From Thermoplasmata archaeon (lineage in GTDB: Archaea; Thermoplasmatota; Thermoplasmata; Lutacidiplasmatales; UBA184), in the NCBI GenBank assembly GCA_027314165.1, contig DAHVCH010000001.1:108590-172589 (forward strand): 64,000 bases of DNA, written 5' to 3'. The translations under genes and the position numbers were made by a program. How positions within the stretch are numbered: the stretch's first letter is position 1; the number at the start of each line of letters is the position of its first letter. The notes under the pieces were generated by a model. The model did no database searches, was not told where the DNA came from, and saw only the letters and a list, made by a program, of their open reading frames with translations. This document shows positions 54,950 to 63,606 of this stretch, in pieces.

Positions 54950-55971
54950 AGATCGGGGTCCTGACCGGCGGGGGCGACTGTCCAGGGCTGAACGCCGCCG
55001 TTCGCGGCGTGGTCTACCGCGCCACCCGGCAGGGCCACACCGTCGTGGGCTTCCTGGACGGTTGGAAGGGCCTCCTGGATGGCCGCACGATGGAGCTCGA
55101 GCGCTCCCGCTTGCAGACGCTGATCGGCAAGGGGGGAACGCTCCTCGGAAGCTCGCGCACGAACCCGTTCAAGACCGAGGAGGGGGCGCAGCAGGTGCTC
55201 ACCACCTTCCGAGAGAAGGGCCTCGACGCGCTCGTCGCGATCGGCGGGGACGACACGCTCACCGCCGGGAGGGAGCTTCACCGGCGCGGAGGACGCGTCG
55301 TGGGCGTCCCGAAGACCATGGACAACGACGTCAACGCCACGGACTGGACCTTCGGTTTCGACTCCGCCAGCAGCGTTGCCGTCGAGGCGCTGGAGCGCCT
55401 GCGGGACACCGCGGACAGCCACCACCGGGTCATCGTGCTGGAGGTCATGGGGAGGCACGCCGGCTGGGTGGCCCTCGCGACCGGGATCGCCGGAGGGGCG
55501 GACTACACGCTGCTTCCGGAGGAACCCTTCCAGGAGGAGGACCTCCTGCTCTCCGTCAAGAGGGCCGTTCAACAGAAGGGCTACGCGCTGGTCGTGGCGT
55601 CGGAGGGGGCCCAGGTCTCCCCGAAGCTGAAGGCCGGCGAGGCCGCGAAGGACGACTTCGGGCACGAGATCCTCCGCGAGAAGGGCGTCGCCCCCTTCCT
55701 AGCGGACCTGCTGGAGAAGAAGGCCGGGGTGGAGTGCCGTAGCGCCGTCATCGGGCACATCCAGCGCGGCGGACCGCCCACGCTCTTCGACCGGCTTCTC
55801 GCCACCCGCTTGGGCGCCAAGGCGGCGGACCTCGTGGCGGCGGGGGACTTCGGCAAGGTGGCCGTGCTCCGGGGAGACCGGGTGGTCGGCGTGTCGTTCG
55901 ATGAGGCCATCGGGGCCCCCAAGCTGGTCTCCCAGCCTTGGCTGGACCTCCTCCACACCTTCGACAGCTAG
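54946..55971 (+). CDS. pfk: 6-phosphofructokinase (PfkA family)
   Basis: [30 protein letters not shown] and PKTMDNDV are canonical PFK motifs. The GTG start overlaps the stop of the preceding gene. Confidence 0.85.
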   Translation: [341 protein letters not shown]

Positions 55972-56003
55972 ATGCCCTCGGAACGCCGTCGCTCTCGAGT
56001 ATC

Positions 56004-57182
56004 ATGTCCGTCCCGGGGAGAAGGAAAGGACCGACGGAACGCACGGCGGCGAGCCGCCCGTCGCGCCCTTCGCTCCCGACCTCCTCATCCCCCCGCGGGT
56101 CCGAGACGGACGGGAAGGGGGACAGGGTCCGCGCGCTCTGGTGGGAGCAAGGGGCCCTCCGCGCGATCGACCAGCGTCACCTTCCGCGTCGCGTGAAGGT
56201 CCTCCGCCTGACCGACGTCCAGGGGGTCGCGGAGGCCATCCGCACCCTGGCGATACGCGGGGCTCCGTGCATCGGTGTCGGGGCCGCCTACGGCATGGTC
56301 CTCGCGCAGAGGAGTGGCCATCTCGGCTCGGAGGAGGCGGCCCGGCTTCTCGGGGGAACCCGTCCCACCGCCCACGACCTGTTCGTTGGGGTCGAGGTCG
56401 TGCAACGGGCCTGGGAGGACCACGAGGACGTCCTGGAGGCCGCCGACCGGTACCGAGGCTCCGTGGTCCAGGAGTGCCGACTCATCGGTGAGGCCGGAGC
56501 TCCCCTCGTGTCCCGGGGCGCACGGGTCCTGACCCACTGCAATGCCGGCGCGCTCGCCACCGTGGAGTGGGGGACCGCTCTCGCCCCGATCCGCTTCGCC
56601 TTCCGGGAGGGTCGAGACCCCTTCGTCTGGGTCGACGAGACCCGCCCGCTGCTCCAGGGGGCGCGCCTCACCGCCTGGGAGCTCGGACAGGAAGGGATCC
56701 GCCATGCCGTCATCGCCGACAATGCCGCCGGACACTTCCTCTACCGAAAGGAGGTCGACCTCGTCGTCGTCGGCGCGGACCGCATCACGCGGTCGGGCGA
56801 CTTCGCGAACAAGGTGGGGACCTACGAAAAGGCGGTGCTGGCGAAGGAGAACGGGGTGCCGTTCTACGTCGCCGCGCCCTGGAGCACCTTCGACCCGCGC
56901 CTGACCTCGGGCGACGAGATCCCGGTGGAGGAGCGCGCGGGGGAGGAAGTGACGAGCTGGGGGAACGTGCCGACCACCCCCGTGGGGACTCCCGCGCGGA
57001 ACCCGGCCTTTGACGTCACCCCGGCCAAGTACGTGACCGCGTTCATCACCCCCGCCGGGGTCGTGGCCCCGAGGGAGCTCTCGACACTGCTCCGGCAGCG
57101 GCGTCCCTCGGCCCTCTCCGTACGGACACGACCGGAAGGGTCCACGTCCGCCGTTCCCGGCGCCTCCGGCCTGTCCCGGTGA
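56004..57182 (+). CDS. e2b2/MtnA-family isomerase (ribose-1,5-bisphosphate isomerase or methylthioribose-1-phosphate isomerase)
   Basis: ALWWEQGALRAIDQRHLP, GAPCIGVGAAYG and GADRITRSGDFANKVGTY are family hallmarks. The ATG at 56004 follows the pfk stop. Confidence 0.75.
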   Translation: MSVPGRRKGPTERTAASRPSRPSLPTSSSPRGSETDGKGDRVRALWWEQGALRAIDQRHLPRRVKVLRLTDVQGVAEAIRTLAIRGAPCIGVGAAYGMVLAQRSGHLGSEEAARLLGGTRPTAHDLFVGVEVVQRAWEDHEDVLEAADRYRGSVVQECRLIGEAGAPLVSRGARVLTHCNAGALATVEWGTALAPIRFAFREGRDPFVWVDETRPLLQGARLTAWELGQEGIRHAVIADNAAGHFLYRKEVDLVVVGADRITRSGDFANKVGTYEKAVLAKENGVPFYVAAPWSTFDPRLTSGDEIPVEERAGEEVTSWGNVPTTPVGTPARNPAFDVTPAKYVTAFITPAGVVAPRELSTLLRQRRPSALSVRTRPEGSTSAVPGASGLSR

Positions 57183-57212
57183 CCATCTGCAAGGGGACCA
57201 ACCTCGAGGCCG

Positions 57213-57941
57213 GTGCGAACGATGCCGTTCGAGTCTGAGGACGACCAGGGGAGAGGCCTGGAGGGAACGAGCTCAGATTCCTCCACGCAGTCGCGATCCA
57301 TCCTGGAGGGGGTGGTCGACTACTACTCGCCCCGCCACGAGGGCGATCTTCCGTGGGAGCGCGGCGACGCCTACCTTCTTGGCCAGTTGGGGCGGGCCGC
57401 TGTGGTCGTCGCGGGGTCCCTCGGCGCGCTGTACTTCCTCTCCCCGTTCGCGATCACCGGGACCGGTGGGCTCCTGCGCGTGGGTACCAGCGTGTGGGGG
57501 ACGGCCATCTTCGGTCTCATCGCGGTCTTCTCGGCGATCCTGCTCGTCGGCACCGCGCTCTTCGTAGCGCCCGCGCGCCGCATGCTTCCCCACACGATGG
57601 TGCTTCAGACCGACGTGCCCTGGAAAGAGATGGTCCCGGAGATCGGCCGTCGCCTCAAGGCCCTGGGCGTGGTCTCCAAACGCCGTCGGATCGTGTCCGG
57701 GGGCCTCTTCGAGGGATACGATTTCCCGGTTCGTTCCGAGTACGCCCCGCTCAAGATCCTGGGCTCCTCTCTAGTATTTGTCACATGGGGGGGAGCGCGA
57801 AGCCTGGTCGTGGTCCCCCTCCCGCTGTTCCGCCACGCCCGCTGGGGCCAGGACATCGACCGGCTCGTGCGGGATGTCCTCGTTTGGGAGCGGCCGGGGA
57901 AGGTCACGACACCCGACGCCCGCTCCCTCGACGAGGAATGA
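57213..57941 (+). CDS. hypothetical membrane protein (2-3 TM helices)
   Basis: 242-aa ORF with normal composition and hydrophobic segments (AVVVAGSLGALYFLSPFAI, AIFGLIAVFSAILLVGTALFVA). Confidence 0.4.
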   Translation: MRTMPFESEDDQGRGLEGTSSDSSTQSRSILEGVVDYYSPRHEGDLPWERGDAYLLGQLGRAAVVVAGSLGALYFLSPFAITGTGGLLRVGTSVWGTAIFGLIAVFSAILLVGTALFVAPARRMLPHTMVLQTDVPWKEMVPEIGRRLKALGVVSKRRRIVSGGLFEGYDFPVRSEYAPLKILGSSLVFVTWGGARSLVVVPLPLFRHARWGQDIDRLVRDVLVWERPGKVTTPDARSLDEE

Positions 57942-58179
57942 GCCGCTCGCGTCCACACTCCCTGGTCACCTGTGACAGAAGGGGCCAGACCGTGGGCCCA
58001 TCGAAAAGCGGGTGAACGCCCCGATCGGGAGTCTCCGAAGGCGGCCGTCCAGCCGCCTTCTTTTGAACCCGAGCCCACGGCTCGACAGACCGTGATCCTA
58101 GACCACTAGACTATCGGGGCGCGAGGGCGCGAGCGACCCTGACGGTAATAAAAGCTGCGCAAACGGCCCGCGCTATCGA

Positions 58180-58700
58180 CGCGTGTGGCGCCGCCCGCCG
58201 GGGCGGGAGGAGCGCTCGGAGGGCCGGCCACCCCACCAGGGTCCCGAGGGCCTCGCTCCTCGTTCACCGACCTTCCCGCAGTCCCTACCGTGCCTCTCCC
58301 GGATACCGGTTCTCTCCGAGATCGAACCGGGGAGCTACCACGGCACCGATCCCCATCCCCCCGCCTCGGCGGGGTGGGACGGTCCTACTGGCCTTGCCCC
58401 TCGAGGAGGCTTCGGCGCCCCTTATTGTCCTGCCTCACGAGCAGGGTCTCACGGGGCCCGCCGAGCGGTGGAGGGTCGAGGGGCCCGGAAAGGGGGGATC
58501 GGCGGAGCCGACGGTCGTCCGACAGTTCCCGCGGAACTGCGAACGAGGGAGCGTTTCACCCCCCGGGGATCGCCCCCCCTCCCCTCCCCCATACCCCTAC
58601 CCTTTCTCCCGACCGTAGCCGAGCGTGGTCGCGGGCAGGTCGGCGACCCGCCCTGCGAATGATCGCCCTGGTTTAAACAACCCCCGAGCGCCTGATAGGA
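58180..58700 (+). ncRNA. candidate structured non-coding RNA (type unresolved; SRP RNA / RNase P RNA should be tested)
   Basis: This ~600-bp stretch has no ORF of plausible composition. A TATA-like GGTAATAAAAG at 58146-58156 is followed ~27 nt later by a GC-rich segment whose start (GGCGCC at ~58188) and a downstream GGCGCC at ~58416 can pair. It has multiple perfect 6-7 bp hairpins and a CCCGGAAAGGGG element. The strand is not certain. Confidence 0.2.
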
Positions 58701-58783
58701 CTCAAGGCCGAAGTCGAAAGAACTCGGACGAACGAACCAACAAAGGAACACGAGAAACGAAACCAGGAGGAAAGAGACACACT

Positions 58784-58930
58784 ATGAGCGCCATGTTGAA
58801 CGCGGTTGGACTGATGACCCTGATGGCGATGAGCGCGGTGCTGCTGAACGGCGCGGGATTCCCGCTGACCCCGCTCATCCACGCCTGCGCTGGCTACATC
58901 CTAGGATACCTTCCTTTCCAGCTCCCCTGA
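58784..58930 (+). CDS. small hydrophobic peptide (48 aa, one TM helix)
   Basis: MSAMLNAVGLMTLMAMSAVLLNGAGFPLTPLIHACAGYILGYLPFQLP is preceded by AGGAGG ~13 nt upstream and an unusually A-rich ~100-nt leader (58680-58783). Confidence 0.3.
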   Translation: MSAMLNAVGLMTLMAMSAVLLNGAGFPLTPLIHACAGYILGYLPFQLP

Positions 58931-59010
58931 AGGCGAGCATCTCGGAGCGAGGCGGCCTCCCCCGACCTTCCGGCCAGATGGCCGGCGAGAGCTCCGGCGG
59001 CGCCCGGAAC

Positions 59011-59397
59011 TCACGACGATCTCAGGGACCGCACGAACTCCTCCAGCGCACGGGAAGAGCTCCCGCAGAACGCGTCGTTGCGGCCGATGGCCAGGACCAA
59101 GGGGCGAGTCACGAACGTGGGTTCCGATAGCATGAGGTCGAGCATCTCGCTCTCGCTCAGTTCCCTCCGGTCCAGGCCTCGCGCCCGATACTGGACAGCC
59201 CGACGAGAGAAGAGCCGAGCGGCACCCCCCACCCGCTGGGCCATCGCCTCGAGCTCGGACCTCTTCAGGGGGTCCTCGCGCAGGTCGCGGAACTGCCGGA
59301 CCTCGATCCCTTCCCCCACGAGCGACTGCACGACCCGTCGGCAGGTCGAGCAGCGGTGGAGCCCTAGGACGTCGACCTTCCGGTCGGGACCCGTCAC
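59011..59397 (-). CDS. ArsC/Spx-family (glutaredoxin-fold) protein
   Basis: KVDVLGLHRCSTCRRVVQSLVGEGIEV...VTRPLVL matches the ArsC/Spx/YffB N-terminal CxxC-like motif and fold pattern. A GTG start at 59397 overlaps the upstream gene's stop. Confidence 0.55.
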   Translation of the reverse strand: MTGPDRKVDVLGLHRCSTCRRVVQSLVGEGIEVRQFRDLREDPLKRSELEAMAQRVGGAARLFSRRAVQYRARGLDRRELSESEMLDLMLSEPTFVTRPLVLAIGRNDAFCGSSSRALEEFVRSLRSS

Positions 59398-59693
59398 CCG
59401 GTCCCCGAGGGGGGCGACGCCCCGGGCTTCGGAGCGCCGCGCAACGCGGGGTGTTCCTTGGGGGGCGACCCTGGGGGCATCCCCTTGGCCCCTTCGACGA
59501 TGTCGAGGTCCTGCCAGCTCACCCCCACCGTCACCGCGTGGAATCGGACCTTGAGGGTGTAGTTGGCGAGCATCCCGACGACAAGCCCCTCGATACCCTC
59601 GACCAGCGCAGGGTTCATGACCGAGAGGTCCTTGGTCAGGCGTACGCGCGTCTCTCCATGCTTGATGCGAGCGAGCTCGCTCCTGTCCTTCAT
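59394..59693 (-). CDS. hypothetical protein (~100 aa)
   Basis: MKDRSELARIKHGETRVRLTKDLSVMNPALVEGIEGLVVGMLANYTLKVRFHAVTVGVSWQDLDIVEG has normal composition and is followed by a short Pro-rich tail. It is translationally coupled to the ArsC-like gene. Confidence 0.3.
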   Translation of the reverse strand: MKDRSELARIKHGETRVRLTKDLSVMNPALVEGIEGLVVGMLANYTLKVRFHAVTVGVSWQDLDIVEGAKGMPPGSPPKEHPALRGAPKPGASPPSGTG

Positions 59694-59812
59694 GGGCCAT
59701 CCGGGGGGAGCCTTTCGGGGCTTAACGCTTGGCGCGGGCCCCCGTCCAAAGGCGCCCCGGCCGGGCGCAAGGGCTTTTATCAACCCCCACTTCGTTCCAG
59801 GGGAAGCATCGC

Positions 59813-60011
59813 TATGACGGAGGCGGTCCGCAGGACCGACAAGACGGTCCACCTCCGGATCGACCCCCATGACGAAACTACTACCCTCGAAGACGTCCTC
59901 TCCAAGATCACCGAGCTCCAACGAAAGCATCCCGACCGTGAGGTCTTCTTCGACGGCGACGAGTACGCCATCTGCTCCCGTCCGAAACGGCTCAAGCGCC
60001 CCGCCCGCTGA
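59813..60011 (+). CDS. small conserved-looking protein (65 aa), unknown function
   Basis: MTEAVRRTDKTVHLRIDPHDETTTLEDVLSKITELQRKHPDREVFFDGDEYAICSRPKRLKRPAR has normal composition. A TATA-like CTTTTATCA at 59775-59783 is ~27 nt upstream of the ATG (near-leaderless). Confidence 0.4.
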
Positions 60012-60708
60012 TCCGAGCGCTCCGCTCGGGACCCCCCTTCTCCTGCTGAACCTGAAGGCCTACCCCGGCTGCCTGGGTCCGGGCGCCCTGAAGCTCGGAA
60101 GGACGCTGGAGAAGCTGGGGAACGAATCCGGGGTGCACGTCGCCATCGCCCCTGCGGCCCCCGACCTGGGGCTGCTCGCGGACGCGCTCTCCATACCGGT
60201 CCTCGCCCAGCACGTGGACAACCGACCCGTCGGTCCGAGCACCGGCTGGCTGGTCCCGGAGGCGCTCCTCGCGTCCGGGGGGCGGGGCAGTCTCGTGAAC
60301 CACTCGGAGCACCCTCTCGCCCCCATTGAGATGGCGCTGACCGTCGAGCGCCTGACGGAGGTCGGGCTCTGCTCGGTCGTTTGCGCCCGGGAGGAGCAGG
60401 AGGCGACGCTCTTCTCGCAGACCGCGCGCCCCGCCTATCTCGCCGTCGAACCTCCGGAGCTCATCGGGGGAAAGGTGTCCGTCTCCCGGGCCCGACCGGA
60501 GGTGATCAGCCACTCGGTGCTGGCGGTCCGGCGCGGGTCGCCCGCCACTCACGTGCTCTGCGGAGCGGGCGTTCAAGATGCCGAGGATGTGAGGAAGGCC
60601 CTCGAGCTCGGGGCCGAGGGCATCCTGGTGGCCAGCGCCGTCACCAAGGCCTCGGACCCCGAGAAGGCCCTCCGGGGGCTTCTCTCAGGGTTCGTCCCGG
60701 CGCGCTGA
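59869..60708 (+). CDS. tpiA: triosephosphate isomerase (archaeal type)
   Basis: PLLLLNLKAYPG (archaeal TIM N-terminus, NxKxY), VAIAPAA, the catalytic NHSEHP, and the C-terminal GAGVQDAEDVRKALELGAEGILVASAV. The conserved domain begins near 60020, with no ATG/GTG/TTG within 15 codons upstream. The ORF's ATG at 59869 gives an S/T/P-rich extension overlapping the small gene above. The start is uncertain. Confidence 0.75.
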   Translation: MTKLLPSKTSSPRSPSSNESIPTVRSSSTATSTPSAPVRNGSSAPPADPSAPLGTPLLLLNLKAYPGCLGPGALKLGRTLEKLGNESGVHVAIAPAAPDLGLLADALSIPVLAQHVDNRPVGPSTGWLVPEALLASGGRGSLVNHSEHPLAPIEMALTVERLTEVGLCSVVCAREEQEATLFSQTARPAYLAVEPPELIGGKVSVSRARPEVISHSVLAVRRGSPATHVLCGAGVQDAEDVRKALELGAEGILVASAVTKASDPEKALRGLLSGFVPAR

Positions 60709-60729
60709 CCGCGCGTCCTGCCGCCCGTT

Positions 60730-61689
60730 CTACGCGGGGTCGGCGATGACCACGGTGCCCGCCTGCCCCTTCAGGGCCATCGGGAAGTGGTCCGAGTCGG
60801 TGATGATCGCACGTTTTCCCCCATCCTTCAGGAAGGCCAGGGCGGCCTCGACCTTGGGGCGCATGCTCCCTTCACCGAACTCGCCCTGGAGGAGGTGCTC
60901 CCTCATCTCGGAGGCCCTCACGCGCCCGAGCCGCTTCTCCCGCGCGGTCCGGAACCCGAGGCACACTTGGGGGACGTCGGTCAGGATCGCGAGGTCCTCC
61001 GCCCCCACGGTGCTCCCGAGCAGCGCGGCGGTACGGTCCTTGTCGATGACTGACTCGACCCCCTCGAGGGTGCCGCGGTGTCGGGACACCACCGGGACCC
61101 CTCCACCGCCCGCCAGGAGCGGCAGCATCCGGCGTCCGAACCCCCTCTCGAAGAGCTCTCGCAGCACGGGACCTTCGACGATGCGCTGCGGGATCGGGGA
61201 AGGGACCACCCTCCGCCATCCGCCCCGCGCCATGTCGTGCACCATGGTCCACCCGCGCTGCTTGATGCAGAGGCGAGCCTCGTTGTCCTCGTAGAACCGA
61301 CCGATGGGCTTGGTCGGATGCTGGAAGGCGGGGTCCTTCGGGGAGACCTCGACGCGGGTCACGATCGGAATGACGAACCTGTCGACATGGGCGCGGTGAA
61401 GCGCCGACGTCAGTTCCTGCTGCAGGAGGTAGCCTATCCAACCCGCCGTGGCGGCGCCCACCGCGTCGAGGGGGAGGGGCTCCACCTCCCGGGTGGCCTC
61501 CTGCTGGAGCAGGAGGTTGCCCACCTGCGGGCCGTTACCGTGGGTGAGGACGATCTCGGCCCCCCGGGCCGCGAGCCGGACCACAGGGCCGACCACGCTG
61601 CGCGCGTTCTGACGCGCCTCCTCCCAGGTCCCCTTCTCCCCGGCCCGGGAGATGGCGTTCCCCCCGAGAGCGATCACGACACGGCCCAT
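60730..61689 (-). CDS. arcC: carbamate kinase
   Basis: The N-terminus MGRVVIALGGNAI, the motif VLTHGNGPQVG, and the overall 319-aa length match the carbamate kinase family. Confidence 0.8.
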   Translation of the reverse strand: MGRVVIALGGNAISRAGEKGTWEEARQNARSVVGPVVRLAARGAEIVLTHGNGPQVGNLLLQQEATREVEPLPLDAVGAATAGWIGYLLQQELTSALHRAHVDRFVIPIVTRVEVSPKDPAFQHPTKPIGRFYEDNEARLCIKQRGWTMVHDMARGGWRRVVPSPIPQRIVEGPVLRELFERGFGRRMLPLLAGGGGVPVVSRHRGTLEGVESVIDKDRTAALLGSTVGAEDLAILTDVPQVCLGFRTAREKRLGRVRASEMREHLLQGEFGEGSMRPKVEAALAFLKDGGKRAIITDSDHFPMALKGQAGTVVIADPA

Positions 61690-61733
61690 GCGAGCTCTCC
61701 GAGAGCGAGAGCGACCATCGGGGGGATTAATAA

Positions 61734-63137
61734 ATGGGACGAGTTGCCCGCGGCGTGAAGGGTACCCCGGAAGAGGACCTCGTCTGTCCCTTGGAGTTCC
61801 GCTACGGACCTGCGAAGGTGCGAGCGATCTTCACCCGGCGCGCCCGGCTCGGCCGATGGCTGCGGGTGGAGGCGGCACTCGCCCAGGCGCTCGCCGAGGA
61901 GAAGGTCATCCCGGAGGCCGCCGCGAAGGCCATCGCCAAGGCCGCCCGTCCGGAGGTCGTCAAGCTCGAGCGTGTCGACGAGCTCGAGCGCGAGACCCGT
62001 CACGATGTGATGGCGCTCTCCCGCGCGCTCGCGGAGCAGAGCGGTGAGGGGGGCCGGTGGGTCCACTTCGGCGCCACCTCCAACGATATCCTGGACACCG
62101 CGCTCGGACTGGAACTGCACGAGACGACGACGGTCCTCGAGGGTTACCTCGCCGCGCTCGTCGAGGCCCTGCTCCGCCAGGCGGATGCGCACCGGGGGAC
62201 CGCGATGGTCGCAAGGACGCACGGGCAGCATGCGGTCCCGTTCACGCTCGGGTACAAGCTCGTCGGCTTCGCCGCAGAGTTCGTCCGCCACCGTGTCCGG
62301 CTCCAGGAGATGGCGCCCCGTCTCGCGGTGGGGAAGATGTCGGGGGCCGTGGGCACCGGTGCGAGCTTCGGGGAGCTCGCGCCCGCGATCGAGGAAAGGA
62401 CCCTCGGCCGGTTGGGACTGACCCCGGAGACCGCGCCGACGCAGATCGTCTGCCGCGACCGGATGGCGGAGCTCACGAACTGGATGGCGCTCGTCGCCTC
62501 GAGCGCCGACCGTCTTGCCACGGAGGTCCGCAACCTTCAACGCTCGGAGTTGGGCGAGCTGGGCGAACCGTTCGACGAGGCCACCCAGGTGGGCTCCTCG
62601 ACCATGGCCCAGAAGAGGAACCCCACCAACGCCGAGAACGTCTCCTCGCTCGCACGCCTGGTCCGCGCGCTCGCCGGACCTCCCCTGGAGAACATGGTCC
62701 AGTGGCACGAACGCGACCTTGCGAACAGCGCCAACGAGCGGATCGTGCTCCCGCACGACGTCCTGCTGCTCTCCGAGATGCTGGAGCGGCTCACCCGTAT
62801 CGTCGAAGGGCTGCGCGTGGACGTCGGACGGATGCGGGAGAACCTGGAGTCCTCCGGGGGGGCCGTCATGGCCGAAGCGCTGCTCCTCGCCCTCACGGAC
62901 CGCGGCGTCGCCCGCGCCGAGTCGCACGAGATGGTCCGACAGCTCACGCGCGCGCTGCCGCACGGTGACTCCCGTGCGCTGCTCGTACGTGCACGAGGCT
63001 CGCCCGAGGTCTCCTCCCGTTTCTCGATGGAGGAACTGGAGCGGCTGCTCGACCCTGAGGCCTACGTCCGGGCCTCCGAGAGGAAGACCACGCGCGTCCT
63101 GGCGCAGATCCGGAAGGACCTTGGGCGACCCAAGTGA
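61734..63137 (+). CDS. purB: adenylosuccinate lyase
   Basis: Has the fumarate-lyase superfamily signature GSSTMAQKRNP, the N-terminal PLEFRYG and GATSNDILDTAL. It is 467 aa. Confidence 0.85.
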   Translation: MGRVARGVKGTPEEDLVCPLEFRYGPAKVRAIFTRRARLGRWLRVEAALAQALAEEKVIPEAAAKAIAKAARPEVVKLERVDELERETRHDVMALSRALAEQSGEGGRWVHFGATSNDILDTALGLELHETTTVLEGYLAALVEALLRQADAHRGTAMVARTHGQHAVPFTLGYKLVGFAAEFVRHRVRLQEMAPRLAVGKMSGAVGTGASFGELAPAIEERTLGRLGLTPETAPTQIVCRDRMAELTNWMALVASSADRLATEVRNLQRSELGELGEPFDEATQVGSSTMAQKRNPTNAENVSSLARLVRALAGPPLENMVQWHERDLANSANERIVLPHDVLLLSEMLERLTRIVEGLRVDVGRMRENLESSGGAVMAEALLLALTDRGVARAESHEMVRQLTRALPHGDSRALLVRARGSPEVSSRFSMEELERLLDPEAYVRASERKTTRVLAQIRKDLGRPK

Positions 63138-63606
63138 GGAGCGGCCCGCGCAGCGCCCCGCGGCCCCTGCCACCGGCCGTGCGGCGGACCGCGACGTAGC
63201 CCCCCTTTCCGCCGAGGTGGTCCTGGGCCCCCTGCCGGCCCCGCTGGCCGACCGCCTGGTCGCGGCCCTCGAGCCGGAGTCGGACGGCGGCGTTCCCCGG
63301 ACCTCAGTATCGATCCATCACCGGGGGGACGGCAAGGTCGTCCTGAAGCTCGGGGCCCCGACGACCGCCGCGCTCCGGGCGGCGTTGAACGCCCACCTGC
63401 GATGGGTCGGGCTGGCCCTTCGCGTCAACGACCTTTCGACCCGAGGCCACCCCCAGCGGGAGAAGTAGCGTCGGGGACGCGGTCCGGCACTCCCGGCGGA
63501 GCGGGAAGACCCTCCCCTGGCTCGACCACGGGTCCTCGGGCGGGCGGCGAAGCTCCCCCTCCCCCGACCTTGGAGGCACCCCCTAGGGCTTTGTCCTGTC
63601 CGTGCT

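Noticed and set aside
58296-58371. Possible tRNA: GGTTCGATC-like string on the minus strand of the ncRNA-candidate region
   Set aside because: I could not fold it into a T-arm (stem complementarity fails) and there is no acceptor/anticodon arrangement. I treat it as part of the larger structured region instead.
61674-63173. 499-aa - ORF antisense to purB
   Set aside because: Same GC-driven antisense artefact; purB has the fumarate-lyase signature on the plus strand.
63137-63480. Small + ORF (~84 aa from a GTG at ~63218; ...VVLKLGAPTTAALRAALNAHLRWVGLALRVNDL...) downstream of purB
   Set aside because: It has no recognisable family, no clear start codon or promoter element, and the neighbouring frames are low-complexity. 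It is kept only as a note and not called as a gene.
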